DNA from: Candidatus Ratteibacteria bacterium
GTDB taxonomy: Bacteria > Ratteibacteria > UBA8468 > B48-G9 > JAFGKM01
Reading direction: 5' to 3'
Assembly: GCA_046296715.1 (NCBI GenBank)
Contig: JBKBIN010000016.1
Coordinates: 1 to 28,121, forward strand
DNA length: 28,121 nucleotides
The notes under the pieces are model-generated. The model was not told the origin of the DNA. It made no database searches and saw only the letters and a program-made list of their open reading frames with translations. A program made the position numbers and the translations under genes. Below, piece by piece: positions 9,876-18,537 of this stretch (position 1 is its first letter; each line of letters starts with the position of its first letter).

Positions 9876-9920
9876 TTTTTCCTCCTTTTCTTTAAAAGCA
9901 ATTATCAATATTTTCCAACG

Positions 9921-9937
9921 CCCACCTCGTAGGTGGG
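9921..9937. repeat. Isolated GC-rich hairpin CCCACCT-cgt-AGGTGGG (REP or IS200/IS605-end-like)
   Basis: Perfect 7-bp stem with 3-nt loop in a 79-bp AT-rich intergenic gap inside an operon. No U-tract follows it on the transcribed (-) strand. Confidence 0.5.
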
Positions 9938-9954
9938 AAATGCCATTTTTAAAT

Positions 9955-11727
9955 TTATAATTTTTTAATTTGTTCTTCAAGAATCTTTATCTTATATGTC
10001 AGGTCTTTTTCTGTTATAAAATATTCATTTGCTTCAGGATGATAGCCAAAATCTTTATTCCTTCTTATAATCTCTCTATCTTTTTCTACAATTGACAATT
10101 CTTCTAATAGCAATTTTTTTAAATCTGCTTTTCTTTGTCCTTCCTTATATTTTTTTAGTAGTTCATAGAATTTAATTATGTTGATAATACTTTTTATCAG
10201 TAGAGATATATGGATCGCAAGATCAACTTCTTTTTTATATCTATCATCTTTAAAATATTTTTCACCTTCCTTTAGAACATCTATTCCTTTTTGCCATTCT
10301 GAAATGAGTTTTTTGAATGCTTTTATTACAAACTGAGAATTAAAAGGTTTGATCCATTCTTTAAGGTTATCTCCTGAAATTATATGTTGATGTTTATCTC
10401 TTGGAAGTGGTAGCCATGAAGGAATTGCTTTAATTTCTTTATCTGAAATTTTAAAAGGATATGCAGTTGAGTAATTTATTGGGGAAAAGTAAAGGAAAGG
10501 GATACTAAAAGGGTAAAAATTCCAGGCATATGAGAATTGTTTCCATCCTTTGATTACATATTCTGCCTGTTTTTTCCCAAATTCTTCAATTGCAATTTGT
10601 TTTACTGCTTTTGATAGAGATAAAAAAGAAAAGATGGATATTTTACCTGCTACTTTACTCATAGGAGAGATATTCCCTCCAAAAATCCAGCAACCCAAAT
10701 ATCCATCAGCACCAATCTTTTTCAATTTGTAAAGTTTTTCAGCAATTTTATATAAAACAGGTATATAGGGGACTGTTACAAGTTCGTGAGTTGAACCAAT
10801 TTGAAGTTTAGCAGTAATCCTCATTCCTCTTTTTTTAGCAATATAGAATAATTTTTTAAATCTTGGAGATGGACCTGTATATGATAAACTATATTCATCT
10901 ATCTCTAATCTTTTTCCTAATACTTTTTTATATCCTCCCCTCTCAAAATCTCCCATAATTATTACATCTTCAGGGATTTTATTTATAAGTTTTTCCTGAG
11001 GATCTGGCTCAATTATATACCATGACCAGTTCCATGCAATTACTTCTGCTTTTGGATTTGCATCTTTTATCCCTTTATTTATCAGAGTTATTATTTCAGC
11101 AACAACTTCATATGCTTCTCTTTCTTCACATCTTTTACACTCAAATTTTTTTCTTGCCCATTCTTCTGTTAAGGTATCAGCAAATTTCAGTCGCCATTTT
11201 GGATAATGTGAATAGCAATGAGTATTAAATTCACTTGCAGTTATCATAAATACACCAGATAATCCCTCAACTTTTTTGAAAAGTTTATAACTGCTTTGAT
11301 AGAGATAATCCTTTACCTTTTGTGTAGATGAACATAAAGCATAATATTTACCAGAAAAATTCCCTATATTATAAAATTCGCACGATTGTCCTTTTACATC
11401 AGGATGTTTTTTCCAGAATTGGTCATTTTCATGAAATCCTCTTGGTTCACATAGATATAAAAATACTTTTAATCCATATTTTCCTGTTTTTTCAACAAAT
11501 TTATTTAATGCTTTTATCTGTTCTTTTTCTTTTCTGCCAAATTCAGGAAATAAATCAGAAGAAACAATATCTCTTAATATACAGTGAAGCCAAATAGCAT
11601 TAAAACCTTCTTTTGATATTTCTTCAAGATACCAGTCAGGATGGTTTTTTATTGAGTTTTCTATATCTTTGCCATAGAAATCACCATAAGGTGACCTTAT
11701 AATTCTTATCTTAAATATTTCTTTCAT
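9955..11727 (-). CDS. Uncharacterised glycoside-hydrolase-like TIM-barrel protein (cytoplasmic)
   Basis: Motifs EGFNAIWLH, KYGLKVFLYLCEP, LCSS...VKDYL, GVFMITASE, VIAWNWSW resemble GH-like (beta/alpha)8 barrels. No signal peptide. ATGA overlap with the upstream gene. Confidence 0.5.
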   Translation of the reverse strand: MKEIFKIRIIRSPYGDFYGKDIENSIKNHPDWYLEEISKEGFNAIWLHCILRDIVSSDLFPEFGRKEKEQIKALNKFVEKTGKYGLKVFLYLCEPRGFHENDQFWKKHPDVKGQSCEFYNIGNFSGKYYALCSSTQKVKDYLYQSSYKLFKKVEGLSGVFMITASEFNTHCYSHYPKWRLKFADTLTEEWARKKFECKRCEEREAYEVVAEIITLINKGIKDANPKAEVIAWNWSWYIIEPDPQEKLINKIPEDVIIMGDFERGGYKKVLGKRLEIDEYSLSYTGPSPRFKKLFYIAKKRGMRITAKLQIGSTHELVTVPYIPVLYKIAEKLYKLKKIGADGYLGCWIFGGNISPMSKVAGKISIFSFLSLSKAVKQIAIEEFGKKQAEYVIKGWKQFSYAWNFYPFSIPFLYFSPINYSTAYPFKISDKEIKAIPSWLPLPRDKHQHIISGDNLKEWIKPFNSQFVIKAFKKLISEWQKGIDVLKEGEKYFKDDRYKKEVDLAIHISLLIKSIINIIKFYELLKKYKEGQRKADLKKLLLEELSIVEKDREIIRRNKDFGYHPEANEYFITEKDLTYKIKILEEQIKKL

Positions 11728-12461
11728 TTCATCAATCTATCTTTCATCTTCTTTAAAATAATCTCTTTTGCTTTAAGTCCATATTCTAAAGATGCTTCTT
11801 TTGCTCCTTTACTGTACCATCTTTCTTTAAATTTCTTCATATCAACACCTTCTGGGTAAAAAGCAAGCATAAGAGATGTTTCTTGTTTTCCTGAATGGTC
11901 AATGGGGAATTTTTTTTGTACTTCCTCATCTATAAAAGGATGAATTTTTATCCATCTGAATGGATCAGTTCCTTCTTTTTGCATTTTATAGTATTCTTTC
12001 ATTTGTTCTTTTCCCCACCATCCTTCTCCATATACCTTTTCAAGATACTCAAAGATTGATTCCCTTGCAGCAAATTTAAATGCAAGGTCTGTTGGCATGC
12101 CATCAACAAAATTTTCACTTTGATGATGAATAAATATATGTATATTTCTAATTCCTATACGAAGCATAGATTTAAAAAGGTCTTTTGCAAAAGTATAAAC
12201 TGTATTGTTTGAAATATGTATTGTTCCATTATTTTCTGGTGGTTCAACAGCATAACTTGCTGAGCCATAGTAAAAAGGTGGACATATAACTATATCAATT
12301 TCCTTTTCAATAATCTCAAGTGCCTTTATAATAAGAATTGTGTCAACACCAAAAACACAGTGTTCAGAATGATATTCAAGAACTCCAACAGGTATAACAA
12401 ATGGAATATTTTTTTTAATTGCTTTTCTTAAATCATCAGGAAACATCAATTCATATCTCAT
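11724..12461 (-). CDS. Creatininase (creatinine amidohydrolase/MftE-like) family protein
   Basis: Family metal-binding motifs PVGVLEYHSEHCVFGVD, PPFYYG, DHSGKQETSLML; RBS AAGGAG. Confidence 0.85.
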   Translation of the reverse strand: MRYELMFPDDLRKAIKKNIPFVIPVGVLEYHSEHCVFGVDTILIIKALEIIEKEIDIVICPPFYYGSASYAVEPPENNGTIHISNNTVYTFAKDLFKSMLRIGIRNIHIFIHHQSENFVDGMPTDLAFKFAARESIFEYLEKVYGEGWWGKEQMKEYYKMQKEGTDPFRWIKIHPFIDEEVQKKFPIDHSGKQETSLMLAFYPEGVDMKKFKERWYSKGAKEASLEYGLKAKEIILKKMKDRLMK

Positions 12462-12474
12462 ATAAACTCCTTTT

Positions 12475-13628
12475 TTATAACTCTATTATTTCTGTTAATT
12501 TTTTAGAAAGAAGTTCTGCTCCATAATTTTTTACTACAATACCATTTTCCCATCTTAAACCAAATTCTTCACAATATAAAAATGTATCAACTTGGAATGT
12601 CATATTTTCTTGAAGATAATATTCAGATGTTAGTTCCATCCAAGGTTTTTCAACTTCCATCATACCTATTCCATGACAGGGTCCATAAAGTATATTCTTA
12701 CTAACTCCAAGTTTTTCTCCATACTCATAAAATTTCTTAACAATTTCATTTGCTTTTATTCCTTCTTTAATCCAATCAATTGTTTTTAAATGCATATCAA
12801 GACCTGCCTGAACCAATCTCCTATCTTCAGATTTCAATTTACCAATACAGATTGGTCTACCAATACTTGAAGAATATCCACTTACTCTTGCTCCAATATT
12901 CAATTGAATTACTCTACTTTTCCCAAGTTTTTCATATTTTGGTCTTCCTATTGCATGAGTTGAATTTTTGCCTGAGAGAACATACTGGGGATGTCCTTCA
13001 TATTCTGCTCCATTTTCATAAATTATTTTTTCTATAATCCCAACAACTTGAAGTTCAGTCATTTCTGGGTTTATAGATTTTAATGTTTCTTCTAATGCAA
13101 TTTCTGATATTTCAAATGCTCTTTTCATAATTTTTAATTCATTATCACTTTTTATTATCCTTAAATTATCTATTATTTCATCACTTTTTATTATTTCAGC
13201 ATCAAAAGCAGCATTTCTTATTGCTTCATAAACTAGTAGAGGAAATATTTGGTATCCAGCAATTCCAATTTTTCTAACATTATTTCCAACAAGTTCTTTA
13301 AAAACAATATTAAAATCATCAGGTTTCATATCAGGTTAATTTGGTTCCACACTTTCCCTGTATTGGAGAATTTTATAAACCTTTTTTATCTTACTTCTTT
13401 TGCAAATGTCTCGCTTTCAGACCCTATAAGCAAAGCAATTTTGCCTGTTTTTGATATTGCAACTCCACATGTCTCAAATATAGACCAATAATCTGAAAGG
13501 TATCTTACATTTGCAAAATCTGCTTCATTTGAATGAGCAATTAAAATATCAAGTCCTTTTTCTCTAACCCCTTCTATAACTTTTTCCCATCTCATTTTAA
13601 ATTCACTGTCAGTTATTTTATATTCCAT
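12475..13628 (-). pseudogene. M24 (Xaa-Pro peptidase/creatinase) family protein, disrupted by a frameshift near 13395-13401 and an in-frame TAA at 13338-13336
   Basis: The N-terminal creatinase-N fragment (NVRYLSDY, 13628..13386) and the C-terminal pita-bread fragment (LRIIKSDNEL, HGIG, GLRWE) are joined in the shifted frame by ...SKIKKVYKILQYRESVEPN*PDMKPDDF. Confidence 0.85.
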
Positions 13629-13640
13629 AATCCCTCCTTT

Positions 13641-14627
13641 TTATTTCCACCAAAAAAGAATTCCAAGATTAAATTCTTTGCCTTCTTTTAATATTTCAAA
13701 ACCTTTTTCTAATTCATTATCTGTAAATCTATGAGTAATCATTTCTGAAATTTTTATTATTCTTTTTCTTATATAATCAAGTGTCTCATAAAAACTGATT
13801 GTATCTATTCCTGTTGTAGTTTTTATAGTTAATTCTCTTATCTTTATCTGGTCAAGGTCAATAGCACTTCTTTCTTTGTCAAAATATTGTGCCTGAAATA
13901 AGAGTTTTCCTCTATATTTCATAAATTTAACAAGTTTATCAGTCGTTTCTGGAACCCCGGCAGTATCATATAAATAGTCAAATCCTTCAGGTGCAATCTC
14001 TTTTAATTTCATATCAATATTTTTATCATCAATTGAAAATGAAAAATTCGTAAATTTTTTGCCAAATTCAACTCTTTCAAGGTCTTTGTCAATTAAAACT
14101 GGAATCATATTTCTATAGATAGAAAGTTGACAGGCGCATAAACCAAGGAAGCCAGCACCAATTATAACTATTTTTCCTTTTGGTTTTCCTTTAAGTGCTT
14201 TTATTCCCCTTGTTGCAACTGCTGAAAGTTGAGTAAATACAATTGTTTCAAGTTCAAATTTATCAGGCATTTTAGAAGAGATAAACAAATAATTTTTATA
14301 ATTTCCTATTGAGTAAGAAACATGTGCTGCCCACATCCTGTAAACATTTTCTTTCCATTTATTATCTGTTCCATAAACAATATCTCCTTCTTTAAAACAC
14401 TTTACATTTTTACCAACTTCTTCAACTATTCCTATTCTATGATAACCAGGTGCGCATGGAAATTTAGTTCCTATATGTTTCCCTTTCAAAATCCATCTTT
14501 CTGTCCCAGGAGATATTGCAGAAATTATTGTCCTTACTTTTATATCTTCCTCGCCGATTTGACCAAGTGTTAATTCTGATACTTCAAATTTATTTACTTC
14601 AGGAAAAATTAAACCTTTAACTTTCAT
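13641..14627 (-). CDS. MDR-family dehydrogenase ('SxGTE' subgroup)
   Basis: SAISPGTERW, PGYHRIG, Rossmann motif IIGAGFLG; RBS GGAGG. Confidence 0.85.
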   Translation of the reverse strand: MKVKGLIFPEVNKFEVSELTLGQIGEEDIKVRTIISAISPGTERWILKGKHIGTKFPCAPGYHRIGIVEEVGKNVKCFKEGDIVYGTDNKWKENVYRMWAAHVSYSIGNYKNYLFISSKMPDKFELETIVFTQLSAVATRGIKALKGKPKGKIVIIGAGFLGLCACQLSIYRNMIPVLIDKDLERVEFGKKFTNFSFSIDDKNIDMKLKEIAPEGFDYLYDTAGVPETTDKLVKFMKYRGKLLFQAQYFDKERSAIDLDQIKIRELTIKTTTGIDTISFYETLDYIRKRIIKISEMITHRFTDNELEKGFEILKEGKEFNLGILFWWK

Positions 14628-14629
14628 AA

Positions 14630-15658
14630 TTATCCCTCCATTTTAAAAACAACTTTAAAACCTTGTTTTTCTCTTATCAATTTAAATCCATACTTAACTT
14701 CTTTAAAGGGTAAAACATGGGAATAAAAAAGTTGTGGTTTTAAAATATTTTTCTTTGTAAGTTCACATATATAATTATGAGTTTTTTCTTCAGATGGTCC
14801 TGTAAATATAAATTTCTCGTTTTTTTCATTATCTTTGAATGGATCACCCTCTTCGTAACTCGCATATGGAGCAATTTTACCATTTTTAGATAATAGTGAG
14901 ATTGTTTTCAAAACAAACTCTTTATCTCCTGTAGTATCAATTATAAAATCAACTCCCTTTCCATCTGTTATTTCCTTTATCTTTTCAATCCTTTCTTGAT
15001 TTGTGTTTATAATATAGTCAGCACCGATTTTCTCTATATAATTTAATGTTTTCTGATTTCTTCCAGCAACAATAACAGGTTGACAGCCAATCAATTTTGC
15101 AAAATAAACCATTCCCATTGCCACAGGGCCTGAACCAAGGATTAAAATTGAACTTTGAAACTTTGCTCCTATATTGAAAATAAAACTTGATGTTTCTTTT
15201 AAAGTTATAAAAATTGTTGCGTCTACTGGTGAAATATTTAAATCTTCAGGTATCTTTTGTTGATAAATTGTATAATTTGGAATTTTAGCATCTTTATTTT
15301 CTTCTTTCAATGCCTTTAGATCAGTTATTATTCCATATTCTGAAAATCCTCCAATCGCAGAGAAATAATTATAATATCTTTCTCCTGGATAGACACAAGT
15401 TGTTCTTAAAAAGATATCTCCCTCTTTGATATATTTCACTTTCTTACCTTTTTTAACAACAACTCCAACACTTTCATGTCCGAGAATAACAGGATAGTTT
15501 TTACACCAGAAGATTTTTCTATCAATTATCTTTAAATCTGTCCCAGAGCAGGTTGCACAGGCAAGTGTTTTACATAGACATTGATAATCATTTATATCAG
15601 GTATAGGAATATCTACTAAATTTATATCACCCTTTCCTTCACTTATTGCTACTTTCAT
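14630..15658 (-). CDS. Zinc-binding MDR-family dehydrogenase
   Basis: Likely start ATG 15658 after AAGGGAG. Catalytic-Zn motifs CSGTD and LGHESVG; Rossmann motif LGSGPVA; no four-Cys structural-Zn loop. Confidence 0.85.
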   Translation of the reverse strand: MKVAISEGKGDINLVDIPIPDINDYQCLCKTLACATCSGTDLKIIDRKIFWCKNYPVILGHESVGVVVKKGKKVKYIKEGDIFLRTTCVYPGERYYNYFSAIGGFSEYGIITDLKALKEENKDAKIPNYTIYQQKIPEDLNISPVDATIFITLKETSSFIFNIGAKFQSSILILGSGPVAMGMVYFAKLIGCQPVIVAGRNQKTLNYIEKIGADYIINTNQERIEKIKEITDGKGVDFIIDTTGDKEFVLKTISLLSKNGKIAPYASYEEGDPFKDNEKNEKFIFTGPSEEKTHNYICELTKKNILKPQLFYSHVLPFKEVKYGFKLIREKQGFKVVFKMEG

Positions 15659-15859
15659 TTTTACTCCCTTTTTCTTCAATCAAAATTATCTAAAATTCTT
15701 GTTGCTACAGAAATAATTGAATAATTAAAATGAAGTTTAGGAAACATAGAAAGAAATTGTTCAATAATAACAATTTCTATTATGTTGGAGGAATTGAAAG
15801 AAAATTCTTCAGTTTTCTTTATTTCTGATGAATCTTTCATAACTTCATCCTTTGAAATA

Positions 15860-15922
15860 ATTTTATTATTTTCATATATTATGTCAAAAAAATTTGACTT
15901 TTCAGAATTGATGGATTTTAAT
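15860..15922. promoter_or_regulatory. Back-to-back divergent sigma70-type promoters
   Basis: Plus strand: TTGACT (15894-15899), 17 bp, TTTAAT (15917-15922). Minus strand: TTGACA (15887-15882), 16 bp, TAAAAT (15865-15860). The two -35 boxes form GTCAAA-N4-TTTGAC. Confidence 0.5.
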
Positions 15923-15953
15923 TTTTCTATGAATTGTGAAATTAGGAGGAGAT

Positions 15954-17357
15954 ATGAAACTTGTATTTATTGGTGGTGGAGCACATAGACATCTTGGAAT
16001 TATAAGAGGTATTATTGGTGAAAATGAAATTAACACTGATTTTGAAATCTGTTTATATGATATAAATAAAAAAAGGGCAGAAGGGATAGCAAGATTGATA
16101 GAAAAGACACCTGAATATAAAAAGGTAAATTGTAAGTTACTTTGGGATGGAACCCTTGAAGAATTTCTTGATGGAGCAGATTTTGTTTCAACTGTTTTTA
16201 TGCCAGGAACAATTTTTTCCTTTATACTTGGTAATGAAATATCACTTGATTATGGATTTCATAGTTCTGACAATATTTCATTTAATGGTGCCTTTCTTGC
16301 TTTAAAAGGTGGTCCTATAATTCTTGATATATGTAAAAAAATGGAGAAATATTGTCCTAATGCAATTTTAGCAAATTTTGTTAATCCTGTTGCTGTTATA
16401 AGTGCTCTTGTTAATAATTACACAAAGATAAAATGTTTGGGTATATGTGCTGGTTATACAAATCATATGTGGGATTTAAATAGATTAATATTTGGGAAAG
16501 ACGAAGAAAGTTCTGATTTTGATGTTGATGTTTGTGGTGTTAATCATTTAAGTTTTATTTTAAGGGGCAGATATAAAGAAAAAGACCTTTTTGAATTATT
16601 AAATCAATCAATTTCTAAAAAAAACAGAAAATTAAAATTTAGTAATTTGTGGAGTAAAAAAACAAAAGGAGTTATTAAAAAGGGACTTGAGAGAGTAATA
16701 GAGATTTATAAAAAATTTGGTGTTTTGCTCTTTTCTACAGAAGGAGATGGGATGTGTCACCTTTTTTATGAAGAAACTCTTCAGGAAGAACTGAGAAACA
16801 GAAGGAAAAAAACATTGAGAGAAATAAAAAAAGAAATTAAAAAGTGGGAGAAAAGGAAGGAAATTTTAGATAAAAATTTTTTCTCATTGGCAAAAAAAAA
16901 TCTTGATGAAGATTTTTGGGAAAGAGGATGGAAAAGATTGAAAGATTTAAATCTAAAGAGGGATAAAAATAGTATTTTCGTGAAGATTATAAGGGGATTA
17001 GTGGGAAAAAAAGAAAAAATAGTTACAAGCCAGTTGAACAAAAATTCTGTTAAAAGTTTTCCAGAAAGATTTGTTCTTGAATATTCTCAAGTAATTGAAA
17101 GTGGAAATATAAAACCAGTTGAAAATCTCTTTATCCCTGAAAATATGTTTGGTTTAATTTCTTCAATTTCCCAACATCAAACATTACTTGCAGATGCTAT
17201 ATATTACAAAGACCCAAAGATTTTATATAATGCTTTGTGTTCATATCCAATAAATCAATTGAGTAAAAAATCTAAAGAATTATGGAAAAACTTGTTAGAG
17301 ATTAATAAAAACGAAATCCCTATTGAATTCCAAAATTTGAAAGATTATATTAAATGA
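15954..17357 (+). CDS. Divergent family 4 (NAD+/Mn2+-dependent) glycoside hydrolase-like protein
   Basis: ATG 15954 after AGGAGGAG. Motifs MKLVFIGGG, LYDI, LDGADFV, MEKYCPNA.LANFVNP, GIC, GVNH and a C-terminal Q.LLADA...DP segment. Confidence 0.8.
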   Translation: MKLVFIGGGAHRHLGIIRGIIGENEINTDFEICLYDINKKRAEGIARLIEKTPEYKKVNCKLLWDGTLEEFLDGADFVSTVFMPGTIFSFILGNEISLDYGFHSSDNISFNGAFLALKGGPIILDICKKMEKYCPNAILANFVNPVAVISALVNNYTKIKCLGICAGYTNHMWDLNRLIFGKDEESSDFDVDVCGVNHLSFILRGRYKEKDLFELLNQSISKKNRKLKFSNLWSKKTKGVIKKGLERVIEIYKKFGVLLFSTEGDGMCHLFYEETLQEELRNRRKKTLREIKKEIKKWEKRKEILDKNFFSLAKKNLDEDFWERGWKRLKDLNLKRDKNSIFVKIIRGLVGKKEKIVTSQLNKNSVKSFPERFVLEYSQVIESGNIKPVENLFIPENMFGLISSISQHQTLLADAIYYKDPKILYNALCSYPINQLSKKSKELWKNLLEINKNEIPIEFQNLKDYIK

Positions 17358-17373
17358 AAAAAGGGAGGCAAAA

Positions 17374-18537
17374 ATGTTTGGAAATTTATTTTTTGATATA
17401 TGTAGAATTAAAAAAGCAAAGACAAAAAGAATTTCAAGTTATGATATTGAAGGAAGAAATAGAGACGCATGGAGAATAGAACCAGGTGAAACAAAAGTAT
17501 TGGCTGAAATTGATGGACCTGGATGTATAACTCATATCTGGATGACCCAAGGAGGTTCTTTATTCCTTTATAGGGAGGTAGTTTTAAAATTTTATTGGGA
17601 TGGAGAAGAAAATCCAAGTATTCTTGTTCCTCTTGGAGATTTCTTCTGTCTTGGACATTCTCTTGTTAATTCTTTTTGTTCAATTCCGTTTACTGCTTCT
17701 ACTTCAACTCCTTATAAATTCGGTGCTGGATGTGCATTAAACTGTTATCTACCAATGCCTTTTAGAAAAAATGCAAGAATTGAGATAAAAAATGAAGGTA
17801 ATCAACCATATAACCAGTACTTTTATATTGATTATGAAATTTATGAGAATGATTTAGAAGACGATATTGCTTATTTACATGCATGTTGGAAAAGAGAAAA
17901 CCCAACTCCTGGCTGGGGTCCAGAAATTCCTGTTAATACTCCTGAAGCAAATATAGTAAATAAAGAAGAAGTTGCTTATAAAAATAATTATGAAATACTT
18001 TATGCAGAAGGGATTGGTCATTATATCGGATGTAATATTTCAGTTACGAATTTTCATGGAACTTGGTGGGGAGAGGGAGATGATATGATTTGGGTAGATG
18101 GGTATAAGTGGCCACCTGACTTACATGGAACAGGGAGTGAGGACTATTTAAATCAGGCATGGGGAATGCAGAATAATGCTTTTTTATTTAATGGTTCTTC
18201 AATTTTTGAAAACTTTTCTATTTTTGGTCATAATCTTTACGATGGAAAATTGCAGGGAGGATATCAGACATCTTATATTTTTCATCTGACAAATCCAGTC
18301 CATTTTAAAAAATCAATTAAAGTAACAATTGAAGCTGGACATGGAAATCATACACAGAATGATTACTCTTCAACTGCATATTGGTATCAAATTGAGCCAC
18401 ATAAAAAATTTGAAATTTTACCTGTTGAGAAGAGATATCCTGTTTTACTTTCTTTTGTAAATCCAGATATCTTAAAAACAGAAAAAAGAGATATAATAAT
18501 AACGGATGAAATGAGAGAAAAGAAAAGGAAAATATGA
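17374..18537 (+). CDS. DUF2961 / GH172 family glycoside hydrolase
   Basis: Motifs GPGCITHIWMT, YWDGEENPS..VPLGDFF, NCYLPMPF, WWGEGDDM, HGTGSEDY, PVHFKKSIKVTIE, AYWYQ; RBS GGGAGG. Confidence 0.9.
   Translation: MFGNLFFDICRIKKAKTKRISSYDIEGRNRDAWRIEPGETKVLAEIDGPGCITHIWMTQGGSLFLYREVVLKFYWDGEENPSILVPLGDFFCLGHSLVNSFCSIPFTASTSTPYKFGAGCALNCYLPMPFRKNARIEIKNEGNQPYNQYFYIDYEIYENDLEDDIAYLHACWKRENPTPGWGPEIPVNTPEANIVNKEEVAYKNNYEILYAEGIGHYIGCNISVTNFHGTWWGEGDDMIWVDGYKWPPDLHGTGSEDYLNQAWGMQNNAFLFNGSSIFENFSIFGHNLYDGKLQGGYQTSYIFHLTNPVHFKKSIKVTIEAGHGNHTQNDYSSTAYWYQIEPHKKFEILPVEKRYPVLLSFVNPDILKTEKRDIIITDEMREKKRKI

Noticed and set aside
9876..9980. N-terminal extension of the 362-aa MDR, and similar extensions at 955, 4322, 15679 and 15936
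   Set aside because: Strong SD sequences sit just before downstream ATG/GTG codons where the family fold or signal peptide begins.
13336..13338. Stop-codon readthrough or alternative genetic code at the in-frame TAA
   Set aside because: TAA, TGA and TAG all terminate intact genes in this window, and a separate frameshift lies just upstream.
15676..15840. 54-codon minus-strand ORF (MKDSSEIKK...) and plus-strand ORF 15782..15988 in the divergent intergenic region
   Set aside because: No recognisable motif, weak RBS and overlap with the promoter region. A leader peptide cannot be excluded but is unsupported.
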